Shown here: positions 1-12,900 of the stretch, in pieces
Layout: each line of letters opens with the position of its first letter
Position numbering within the stretch: position 1 is the stretch's first letter
NCBI RefSeq assembly: GCF_036588685.1
Contig: NC_086373.1
Span: 73,780,001 to 73,844,000 of the forward strand
Direction: 5' to 3'
Source: Mytilus trossulus
Taxonomy: Eukaryota
Length of the DNA stretch: 64,000 bases
Notes under the pieces: generated by a model
The model's database searches: none
Told to the model about the DNA's origin: nothing
The model's input: the letters and a program-made list of their open reading frames with translations, nothing else
Program-made: the position numbers and the translations under genes

Positions 1-958
1 CTGATTACCCAAAAAATGTAATTAACCATCATTCTTGATATATTTTTTTGTAAACAACTTTAAATTTGTGAAATTTGGCTAGTAAAGACGATTGAAAAAC
101 CCCAAAGCCTTTAATGAATATAGTTTATGTCTCCATAAAAGGCGCTTAACTGTCCTTGTCATTTTTTGGTCTTTGGCTCGTTTTGACATCTTGTAAACAT
201 TACTTCAGCGAATTGTTGTTTTGTTCTATCAATTAATGATACTCCCTACTGTTAGTCTTGTCATTGTCATGAAGTAATAATAATACAATAAGTGCAGAGG
301 AAATGCCAGAAATGTCCTCTGATAAGGAACGTCTGGAATAACTATGGTTTCGACTAAGACCCAAATTTAATAAACAAAAAAACATGAACATGTACAAGGC
401 AACAGAACCAGTTTGAATATTGTAAATAATTGTTATCTTAGATATTGTCCGGTTTGAAAAAGTTAAAATAACTTATTGTACATTCATTTAAATTGAAATT
501 ACAAAATCACAGGAACAATATCCATGATATAATTTAAAATCATAAAGGTAAGTACCACCACCTCTTTGCACAAATATACTGATACTTTTTTTTTTTACAG
601 TAGTCAATTTAAATGGCCCACTCATTTGACAACATGGCCCATTATTTTTTAAAATGGCCCATTGAATTTATTTTTGGGGGGCCCTGGGCCCATAGTGAAA
701 ACATCCTTCCAGATCACTGTATCTTATACGTAGAAGATATTTTTCTGTACAGATAATGAAATTTGGTTTTAGCTGATAAAAAAAAATTAATTATAAGGGG
801 AAATATTCTGTTAAAAAAGTTATGAAATTTTAATTTTTCATGTATCAAGAAGGCATGTGCTGTGACTTTTTTTTTTCTTTAACTTTTAATTTTGAATATC
901 CCATTGGTATCTTCCTATCTCATTTTTATGTAAGTAAGTTTTATCTTTTGTGTTTTAG

Positions 959-3900
959 GTATGTCTGAAAAGGAATGTGATGAACTTGAAGCTGAAGAAA
1001 TTAAACAAGAAGAGGAGGAAGAAAAGAAAAAAAGAAGAAATATATTGTTAGATTTGGATAAAAGATGTGAACAGGTACAGTGACAGTGACATTTTTTATA
1101 TCCAATGCTGATTTTTTTTGTGATAAAGTGTAGTCATATTCTGATGTCAATATCAATATCCATTAACATCTGTTTTATAAATAGATCTGCCTAATATATT
1201 GAGCTAGCCGTTTTTGATTGGAAGAGACTGACTGAGAATGGAACAATCTATGCTCAAATACAGCTGTAAAACCAGGTTTAATCCACCATTTTCTACATAA
1301 GGAAATGCCTGAATATGACAGTTGTTTTCCATTTGTTTGATGTTTTTGAGCTTTTGATTTTGCCATTTGATTATGGTCCTTCTGTTTTGATTTTCCTTGG
1401 AGTTCGGTATATTTGTTGTTTTACTTTTTAGTGAAGCATTTGATCTTGCACTTCATTTACCAAAAATTAAGATTGATTTGTTCAATTTGTTTTATTTGTA
1501 ACTATTTTTGGTCTTAAAAATCTTAGTATGGTTTTCAGAAATAACGGGTTAATATATTTCTATTTATACTCAAATAATTGTTTAATATTTGTAATGTTCA
1601 GGAGAAAGAGGAACTCATGAGAAGACTTAGAGAACAAAAAGATAGAGTATCTCTAGAAAGACAGAGACAGTTAGAACTAATGAAATTAAAGCATGATGAG
1701 AAGAAAGCAAGGAGAGAGGAGAAATTTAATTCTGCTGCTCTAGTCATAGGAAGGGCAAAAGATGAACAGAAAAGGTATGTGGTTTTAAATATATTAAGAT
1801 ATGTTTCACAACTGGAGAAGAAACGAAAAACAACTAACACGTTAAAAGATTTTGGTCAAGATAGTTAACACTGAAGTTGTGGTCACTTTAATTTGAACTT
1901 ATTATATGCCACGTTATAGTTTTCATTCCAATTACAAGGTTCCCTGAACATGGAAATTTTGAATGTGATAGTATGAAACCAGAACATTCTCAGGTCAAAG
2001 GTTTTTGATATGGTAGTTTATCTTGAAGTTGTGGTAATTTTAACTTGAATCTTAAAAGGATGTTTATTTTGATATAAACTTTTTAAAGTATATGCCAAAT
2101 TACTGTTTTGGGCCCCCTATTTCATATTTCACTGAACATGGAAATGTTGTTGTAGAAAATGGACACATTTTGTTGTTCCTTCTTACTTTGAACAACAATA
2201 TTGGACATGATAAAATTTCTTAAAGAAGTGTGGGAAAGTCTTTAAACTTAGTTATAATGACATGCTTTCCAATCCTTATATACTTGAAATGCTATTATTT
2301 TCACAAAAAATGTTATTTAAAGGGAAAAATGATGACCTTTATAATCCTCTTTTATTTAAGATTGGAACAAAATCAGGATGATGAAAGGCAAAGACAAGAA
2401 AGGTTAGCAAAAGAAAGATTAGAGGCTGCTAGGAAACGTAGAGGAAAGAAATTGCCCCCTGAACTAGAAACAGTGACTGATATGGAGGATAAGTCTTCAC
2501 TACAGGATTCAGTTGGAGAACTGATTGACAGACGACATAGACAAGAAAGAGATCTCTTAATACAGGTATACAGTTTTAATACATTGTGACGTGTATTGAG
2601 GGTTGTCTCATTGGCACTTATTACGCATCTTCTTTATATAAAATAAGGTTTTATTATAAATTTTATTGATTTTTTCTCTCTTTTTATTATGATAATTATT
2701 TAGAATAATAAAAAAAAATGCATTAACCACTGCATATTTTACATACTTGTACTTATAAATGGGGAATATATACCTTAAAAAACAGTAAATAAGCAGCATG
2801 TACTGATGCAGTCTATAATGAAAAAAAATCAGCTTGGAACACTGTCTGCACTTGGTAAATTTAAGAATATGGATAAGTCCCAAGTAAAATACTTAGGATA
2901 CGTTTAACTGCAGAAACAAGTAAAAAAGCTCTCGACAGCATAACTTGCAAATACTTAACATATGTTTGGATCTATTTGATGGAATAATTAGTATGATAAC
3001 AAGTACAATGGTATTGCTGAAACATAATTTTCATTTTGAAGTTTTAACCATCTTATTTATATTGTACAGTTACTGGATGATGCTACAACAGATCCTAACA
3101 GACAATCAGTAGCTGCCATGACTGAAGGGGAGAGACAAGAAAATCTGGAGAGAATCAGGCTAATGAGATCAAACTGGAGGTCAAAAGACGAAAGAAATAA
3201 ACAAGATCAAGCAGACTTACTAAAAGTATGTAGTCAATTTTGCAATTAAAACTTTTGAAAAAATAAGTTGATGCTCCTTTCACATTTTTTATATCAATAA
3301 AAAGCAGAATTATTATATTATAATTCATTTGCAAAATACACCCATTTTGGTCAAGCAAACACAAATACAAACATAGCTTATACAGATAGTGAAGAACTAC
3401 AATTATAAATATAAAAAAACATATTATACAATCTTTTTTTTTCAAATTATTATCGATCCAAAACATCTCATATATGTTTTATCTTAGTTATCCTCCCTTT
3501 ATGAGACGAAAGATGATGAAATTTATTTTTCTAAATTGTAGGAAGCTGCTGTGTATCTTTTAGAGAGTAAACTTCATCAAATGAGGACAGACGGCCTTGA
3601 TGTCTCAGATGACAAGGTCAAGGTTCAAATTGTTGTAGACTTTGAGGAAAAGCAAAATGAACAGAAGATGGTCCAAGGCAAGGAGGCTACTGATGAAAAT
3701 GTTAAGGTGGACGTTCTTTCAGATTTGCAAGAGATACAAGATGGGGAATCAAAGTTCTTACTGACAGATCTATATGATAAGGTATGATCACTATCATTAA
3801 TTAGTTAATTAAGTGACATATTCTAAGCACCCCATAGTTAAGTTCAATAAAAAAGAAAACTTAAACATATATTGGTTCATGCAAGAAAATATTGTTCTCT

Positions 3901-6900
3901 GATACTTAATTTTGTAAAGGAATGTATGTAGACTGGTATTTATTGAATTTAATTATTATGACACACAGTTCTTGATTGTATAAATGGCAAAAGTAATTCC
4001 ATTAAAAATAATGAAAAATCAAGAGTTGTCTCCCATTTTAAAGTGCAAATTGGTGTGAAATTCAATAGCTATGTCTGCGATTCATTTTTAATTGATATTT
4101 TTTATGACAGGTTTGAGACTGTGGCCAGTTTGTAGTCAATTGTGTGTTTTGATGTTCTTTATGAAGGAACAGATATTTTCCAGTAATTAGCATACATTTA
4201 GTTTTCATTTTACTTGTAACTGCCATGACTAACTTATTTTGTAAATCAGGATCTAAGAACACTTCAGCAGATGGTTAAACTACATAGGAAGACATTAGAT
4301 AATGGTCACCATGATAATGTATCATCTGTTGTCCTTGGTGATGATGATGTCACTATTACATCAGACGACAGTGATGTCACAGAAGAACAGATCAAGAAAG
4401 CAGTAGAACAGAAATATGACATTTTGAAAGGAAAACTTTTAGAAGCTGTAAGATAATAGACTACCTTGTTTATTTCTTCATTATTTTAAACAACTGGGTG
4501 CAATAAGGGTCCTTTTTGTCATAACTTTTTATTGACCTAGAAATTTTAATTGAAGATTTCCATTTATTTCTGTTTAAAAGATGAGGCAAAACAAAGATTA
4601 ACAGTAGGGGATTATGATTGACACAGAAAAGGTCATTCTTTACTTTTTCACAAAACATATTGAGATTTGGGTCATTTTTCAGATAGTTAATGGATTCACA
4701 TTTATGGGCAAGTACCAGTAAAAAATAATTAACCACAACACTAGTCTAGGTGAACAAAATCTATCATGGTAATACTTTTGTTTTACATGTACTTGCATAT
4801 TTTCCACTTTCAAATATGAGTGAAAATGCTAATTTCTCTTTGTACAGACATTAATCATGCAAGTTGGTGAAAATGAATGGTCCAAACTGACTGAGAAAGA
4901 AAGAGAGAAGAGATTGATAGAATTGAAAATGAAAGAGAAGAAATTAAGACAGGAAGGAAAGAATGATGAAGCAACAACTCTATTTGAAAACCTTGTAGAA
5001 AGTGATGAATTTGGTAAAGTTCTATAATTTTGATAATTAAGGTAGAATTGCAAAAAAACTTTCAAAAGTTGAAACAAAATGGTTCCAAAAGCATTAGATG
5101 TCACTTGGTAATTATCGATAAATAAATGAAAAATGCTTGGATTTAAAAAAAAGTTTAGTGTCAGAGTGTCAGACATACTATGTTAATTGTCAGCTGAAAC
5201 TATAAGTAAGAGTTAAAATCAAAGAAAAAGGTTTATATTTTATCTTTATAGATTTCAGAATAAATACTGTTTATATAAGAAATATGTATTTGAGAAGCAA
5301 ATAATCAGTATCATTTAAATGATATAAATATTGGATCATGGTTTTTTTTAATTGAATGATTACATATTTTATTGTTTGATCTGCTAGAACCAGAACCAGG
5401 TATGTATAGAAAGAGTGAATGATAACAACCCCAAGCTATTCCCAAGTCTTGCTTAATCCTGGATATTGTCTTGGTCTGTGAAAAGATTGCTTTCTTTCAT
5501 ATTATGCCGTATTTCAGGATAACTCTCAGCCTCCAACATCAAGCAACTTATTTCTCTTTGAATTCCAAGAAAAAATGCAAATAAAGGAAAAGTCATCCAT
5601 TTGATATTAGAAATTTTTATATGAGCAATTGAAATAATAAGGCTATAAGGTGTTAGTAAAATAGAATCACAAATTTTACTTGAAAACTAAGTGAGGGGGA
5701 CTTTAACAAAAGAACCTAAACATTCTATTGTAGTATGAACCTGGAAGAACTGTGTTGATTGATTTAGGGAAACTATATTAAAAGCATGAAGAATATCAAA
5801 GTGCATGTATATATATATATATGAGTATTTATAATAATATAAAACAAGTTATGCATGAAAGCATTAATCAAAAATAAAAAAAATAAAAATATGACTGAAA
5901 AATATTTGACAAATGTTTGATTTTTAGTACATGTATAAACATCTATACTGGCCATTATTTTTAACAATTTTTAGATGGAGGTTGTTGGTTAATGATTTTG
6001 TTTTTAAGTGGCATGAATATCAAAAGACTTTTATGAATACATTTCGTAGTAGACATCATATTACCTTGGTTACAAAAATTGATTAGGGTGTTGATATGTT
6101 TTTTAGCAAATTAATGTTAACTGGATGACCTGCAGTGACATAATATTGAAAATGAATGCACTAAAATGTATATTGTACCACATCCAAGCATGCATCACTA
6201 AACAATTTGTAAGAATACTGGATTAACAATAAATTACAGTGTGAATTTTTTAATTGTTTTAAAATTTATAACAAAAAAAAAACATATACCGGTAGTTTAC
6301 AAGGCAAAAGGTGAGATGTTTAAGTTGATTTTTGTGCATCATTTATGGACATTTTATTTTTATGCCTCACTTACGATAGTAGAGGGGCATTATGTTTTCT
6401 GGTCTGTGCATCTGTTCGATCGTTCGTGAGTCTGTCTGTTTGTTCGTCCATTCGTCTGTCCGTTCTCCTGGTTCAGGTTAAAGTTTTTGGTCAAGGTAGT
6501 TTTTGATGAAGTTGAAGTCCAATCAACTTGAAACTTAGTATACATGTTCCCTATGATATGATCTTTCTAATTTTAATGCCAAATAAGATTTTTTACCCCA
6601 ATTTCATGGTCCACTAAACATAGAAAACAATAGTGCGAGTGGGGCATCTGTGTACTTGGGACACATTCTTGTTTGGTATGTGTATCTGTTTGTTCATTGT
6701 CCTTTCATCCGTCTGTCCTGCTTAGGTTGATGTTTCAGGTTCAATTTTTGAATGAAGTTGAGGTCTAATCAACTTAAAAACTGAGTAGTTAGTACACATG
6801 TTCCCTTTGATATGATCTTTCTAATATTAATGCCAAATTAAAGTTTTGACCCCAATTTCAGAGTCCACTGAACATAGAAAATGATATTGTGAGAATGGCA

Positions 6901-9900
6901 TGGATATACTATGGAAATATTTTTGTTTAACTTTATAGCATGGAAGCATGCATAAGTTTTTTAATCATTGAACATTTGAATTTGTGGTTCACCTGTACAC
7001 ACGAAACCCATGAAAATTGGTATCCAGCATATGATAAGAACTCAACAGTATTTACAAAATATTTGATGAATTGCAAAGAAATTTCTTCTAAATTTGAAGT
7101 AAATATAATGTTAAAGGACTTATATCTCCCTTAATAGTCTGTTTTAAGCTCACTTGGCCCTTCAGGCCAAGTCTGCTTTTCCCATCACTTTGCGTCTGGC
7201 ATCGTCGTTAAATTTTACAAAAATCTTCTCCTCTGAAACTTCTTGGCCAAATTAAACCAAACTTGGCCACTATCATCATTGGGGTATGTAGTTTAAAAAA
7301 TGTGTCCGGTGACCCGGCCAACCAACCAAGATGGCTGCCATGGCTATAGATAGAACATAGGGGTAAAATGCAGTTTTTGGCTTATAACTCAAAAACCAAA
7401 GCATTTAGAGCAAATCTGACATGAGGTAAATTAGTTTATCATGTGAAGATCTATTTGCCCTGAAATTTTCAGATGAATCGGACAACCCATTGTTGGGTTG
7501 CTGCCTCTGAATTGGTAATTTTAAGGAAATTTTGCTGTTTTTGGTTATTATCTTGAATATTATTATAGAAAGAGATAAACTGTAAACAGCAATAATGTTC
7601 AGCAAAGTAAGATTTACAAATAAGTCAACATGACTGAAATGGTCAATTGACCCCTAAGAAGTTACTGTCCTTTATAGTCAATTTTTAACAATTTTCATAA
7701 AATTTGTAAATTTTTACTAACATTTTCCACTGAAACTACGGGGCCAAGTTCATTATAGATAGGGATAATTGTAAGCAGCAAGAATGTTCAGTAAAGTAAG
7801 ATGTACAAACACATCACCATCACCAAAACACAATTTGTCAAGAATTCATCTGCTTCCTTTGTTTAATATTCACATAGACCAAGGTGAGCGACACAGGCTC
7901 TATAGAGCCTCTAGTTTTCTTTTTTCATTGTTATTTTGGGGGAAGGGGTCTAAAAAATTACTCGTCCCTATGATAGTGCTAGATACTGCAGTTACTTTAT
8001 ATTGATATGTATGTATGTTGCCTTAAGCTCAATTTCTATCACCGATATTTTGTTTGGAAAGATTGGGTATAGAAGCAGAATTTAAAGAAATATATTAGGT
8101 TTCCTTACAGTTTGATCATATTGGTGAACATGTTAAGTTCAACATCAATAATATAAAACATTTATAAAATATAACATAATATTAATAATAAATAAATTGA
8201 AATATACATCAACTGATTTGTACTTCTCCTTGACAATACCTTTACTTTTTTTCTAGTCATCTCAAAGAAAATTATTTTTCTAGTTTTCTAAGGATTAATG
8301 AGGTTTCACTGCTTGATATTTCATGCTAAAACTTTATTTTGTATCTCTTGTCACTGTCTCAACTGAAAAAAAATGGGGCCAAATAATGAGTAATTGAAAA
8401 ATCCCAAATAACTAATAATGTAATTTCTTTGTTCTACAGCTTTGGAAAATTTATTTGGTGAGGAGGAAATAGATGAAGAACAGAAAGCCAGGGAAAGAGA
8501 AGAGAGAAAGAAAGAATTACAAAAAGAGAGAGAAGAACAAGGGCTTCCTACAGATGATGCTGAAATTGACAAACTATTGGATGAGGAAGAATCTGAAGCA
8601 AAGAGACAGAAGAGAAGGGTATGCAGAAAATAAATCTTTTATTTGTATTTATGCTTCATCATTAATAAGTCACTGTATATCGCTTTACTCCTTTCTTTTG
8701 TTCCATCATTCTGTTGTCTCTCCAATTGTAACAGTTATTGAAAATGAATGATGGTTATTAATGAAACTTTACACAGTTGTTCAACCAAATCTGATGATGT
8801 GCATTAAGGAATGTATTATTTTGCATTTGTATAATAATGTCCATGGTGATTATATTGTCCTGCTCTCTCAGTCATTGTTCTGTGACTTAAAATTATTTGC
8901 ATAGTTTATATTTTATAGTTTGTGAATATGTAAGTTTTAGAGGAACTACTTGCAATAAGGCAATGATATTTGGTATGCCTTTACATTAAATTTGACAATG
9001 CCCAATTCCTGGAAATTCCTTGATCTTATGATCTCAGACATGGTTAATTGTCTTTGCATTATAAATTTGCCAAATTACATACTGATGAAAAATATCTCTG
9101 TAAACAGATTATTCTTTTCATCCTATAAAAAAGCTTAATATATGTTTCTCATTATTTAGAATGTCCTTGACGGTTTACAAATGATGTTAGAAGATGAGAA
9201 AGCAGCCTTACTGAGACAACTGAAAGAACAGGTCAGTGGCATTGATCAAGAGCGACAAAGACAACTAGCCCTGGTTAAACTGAAGATGGACAAGAAAAAG
9301 ATGGAAAGAGAAGAGAAATATGATTCTGTAGCTCTTGTACTAAAACTTGCAAAGGAAGCTGATGAAAAAAGAACTCAAAAGTAAGTTTATTAGAAGTAGA
9401 TGTTATATAAGTATTATTAGTATGAGGATGTTTTTTTCACAATTAGAGGCTTTTTTCTTTATAAGATCTTGTTTGTTTTCATTTTATCAATGCTTTCAGT
9501 GTGCAGAGATTTTTATATACTGTGGATTCATTATATTTGTGGAATACCAATTTTCGTGGATTTTGTTGGTACAGGTGAACCCTGAAATCAAATGTTCAAG
9601 GAATGGCAAATTAAAATAGGCTGGTATGCAGACTGTGGCAAAACCACAAAATTAAATATCCACGAATATGCAAGTTTTCCTTTATCCACGAAAATTGGTA
9701 CCCACGAAAATAAATGAATCCACAGTAGTTATACTTAACATAAGAAATGGATCTTAAAAAGGCTAGCAGGAAGAAGGTTTATTAGTCGTGCTTGCAATTT
9801 GTTTTTGCATCTCAAATATAAAAACACAGAAAAAATATGTCTCATCTTTTCCAAACAAAATAAAAACAATTTTGGCAAGATAAGATATTCATAGATATTC

Positions 9901-12900
9901 AGACCAATCAATTACAAATAAAACAGTTACTGTTGTAAATAAAAAAAAAAATCAGATGAGGTATGACAGCCAATGTGAGAACTGTCCAATAAAGGGCAAG
10001 GGACAGGGATGTAAAGAAATACTCATATCTGTATCAAAAGAGGTACCCGACTCTCTTGACCTGTTTATTAGTAATTGACAGCTGTGTATAAAATAATATA
10101 GATTTTGAAACGAATGTACAACAGTTCATTAAACAACACAAAAGAAAAACTTAGAAGACATTGCTATGTGTACCACATCATAATGAAGTAGTAACTTTTT
10201 CTGAATATAAAAAAAGATATGGTATGTTTGACAATGAGACAACTCTCCACAAGAGACCAAATGACACATAAATTAAATTTATAGGTCACTGTAATTCCTT
10301 GACAAATGAGCAAATCCCATACCTCAAAGTCAGCTATAAAAGGCCCGAAATCACAAATGTAAAACAATTCTAGTGAGATTAGTTGGTTTTTCATTGATAC
10401 ATTTGTACTACATGTAGTGGAGATTTAAAGTAAAGGTTTCATGTATCATATCCTTCTTCTATTCCTAATAGTATCACAGCTGACAGAGAAAGACAGAAAG
10501 CTCTGGCTAAAGAAAGATTGGAAGCATTACGTCGTAAGAAACAACAGAAAAATAAACAAGATAACTTAGAACAGAGACTCAAAGAAGAAAATGAAAATAA
10601 CAAGTTGTTAGATGCTGAAATGTCATCTGGTAAGAGAATGATGAACAAAAATTAGATCTTCTTTGTTTTAGAATAGCAAAAAAAACTTTAAAAATGAAAG
10701 AACGAAATGGAAAAAAGAAAAATGCACTTGATTTAAAAAAAAATTAATTGTAATTATAGAATTTTTCAAATATTTTTTTTAATGATTTTAAAAACTGAAA
10801 ATTTGATGAATAGCCATTCTTAGGGCATTGCCAATAATAGACAATATATCTGTGATGGGTTTGCCAATTTAAAAATAACCATTGCCAAATATTTATTTTG
10901 CCTCAGATGTGACCAGAATTCAAGCTGCCATATTAGATACCATAGACAAAACACATACAGAAGAAAGAGAGCTAATGATGGAATTAGTTAATATGGCATT
11001 GCAAAATAAGTCTCTTGGTAAAACTGCCAATGGTATGCAACAAGAGGTAAGAGAAACAACACCATTCACAGCAAAGAGGAGGTCGAAAATTTAATTGTTT
11101 TAAGTTGTGTAGAAAGAAAGATAACTTTATCAACAGCAGAATAAATCATTTTGATTAGTGATAAACTGTTACAGGGTATAACTTTTGTAACCATAAAGTC
11201 ATTGCTCTTTTTTAAATCATATAAAAGAGAGAATGAGTTTTTAGAGATGAATTTAGTTGACCACCATATATCTCTTGGTAAAAATATCTGAAAAAGACAT
11301 GTCATATGCCTGTCTAGCTTTTCTAGATCTCCTCCATGAGATTTATTCCTTTGAGGGAAATCAGAATCTCTTTGACATCATAAAACAAAATATATTTCCA
11401 TAATTTCCCCACATTATCTGAGAGATTAAGCGGCTATTTTGATAAGGAAGATCGAAATACTGTATAATGGATATTTTTCACTATGAAAAAAAGCAAACGT
11501 TTTATACCTACAATATCTGTTATTATTAATAATGGATTTCTTAATTCAGCATGTATATTTGACTCCTAAATGACTATTTTAGGAATTAAAAGCAGAATTA
11601 TCCAAATTAGAACAGGACCATTCTAAATGGAAGAAGAAATCCCAACAGATCGCTATGTCTATGGATGACAGTACTATTACACCAAAGGAAGAAAATAAAC
11701 ACCTCAAAGATGTAGCTAACAACCGAAAAGAACAAACCAAACTTCTGTCTGAAGCATTGGTCTACAGAATGGAATGTAAGTTTGAGATATTTTGTAGAAT
11801 TTAGAACATGGAGATGTATGGTCCTTTGTAGATTTTGATTGATGCATTCACATTGTATTTGTAATTATTGCAGTATAAAGCATGATTCAAAAGTGAAACT
11901 TTCTGAACCAAGGATCAGTTTGATGATATTACCTATTTTATTTCTTGTCCCAGTGATAACACCTTCATTAGTGTCTTCAATCTTCTTAAAATTTAATGAA
12001 CGTTTCCACTCTTCAAATCTTGATTAGTTTTATAATCAGAAAATTGATTTTTTTTTAGGAGTGACTTTAAGAGATATCCCATATAAATTGTTGTTGGGAT
12101 ATGACTTTCACATGCCATTGGCTCCTCTTCAAATTAAGTTGAAGATTTCCACCATATTAAAACCTTGTAGGAGCTCGATATAAACAATTTGACATCTTAG
12201 ACTTTTATATATTTAATATTATTTTGTTACAGTGGAAGAAAGATCACTTAAGACCTTGAAACCAGAATTATCTTCAGATCAAATTAAAGAAGAATTAAGT
12301 GTTATCTTGCTAGCAGACTTACAGGATCAACAAGAGAGAGACAGCACAGCAGTACAAAACATTATACAAAAACAACAGGTCAGTTGGAATAGATTGAATG
12401 GTAACAAGATAGAACAGCACATAATTCAGAAGGATATAATTGTTATTGAAAATTGAAATTAGTCTGTTTGTCCATTCATTGGTTGGTTTGTTCAGCTTAA
12501 AGTTTTTGGTCAAGGAAGTTTTTGATGAAGTTGAAGTTAAATCAACTTGAAACTTGGTGCACATGTTCCTTATGATAATTTTTTTGATCTGTCTAATTTT
12601 AATGCCCAATTAGAGTTTTGACTCCAATTTCATGGTCCACTGAACATAGAAAATGATAATCCTAGTGCGGCATCTTTGTACTATGGATACATACTTGTTA
12701 CCCATTATACAGTTAAGTTGACAGAAGATAAGCATTATATTTGTATTATAAACTTTATAAATGTGTATCCCTCTAAAAGTAAAATCTTGACTTACTTGCT
12801 TACTTTATAAAAAAATAAAATTAAATTCTATTGTTAAACTATTTACATCCCAACCTATGCATATGTTTAAGTCAAGAAAGAGGTCAGTTTTATTATTCAG

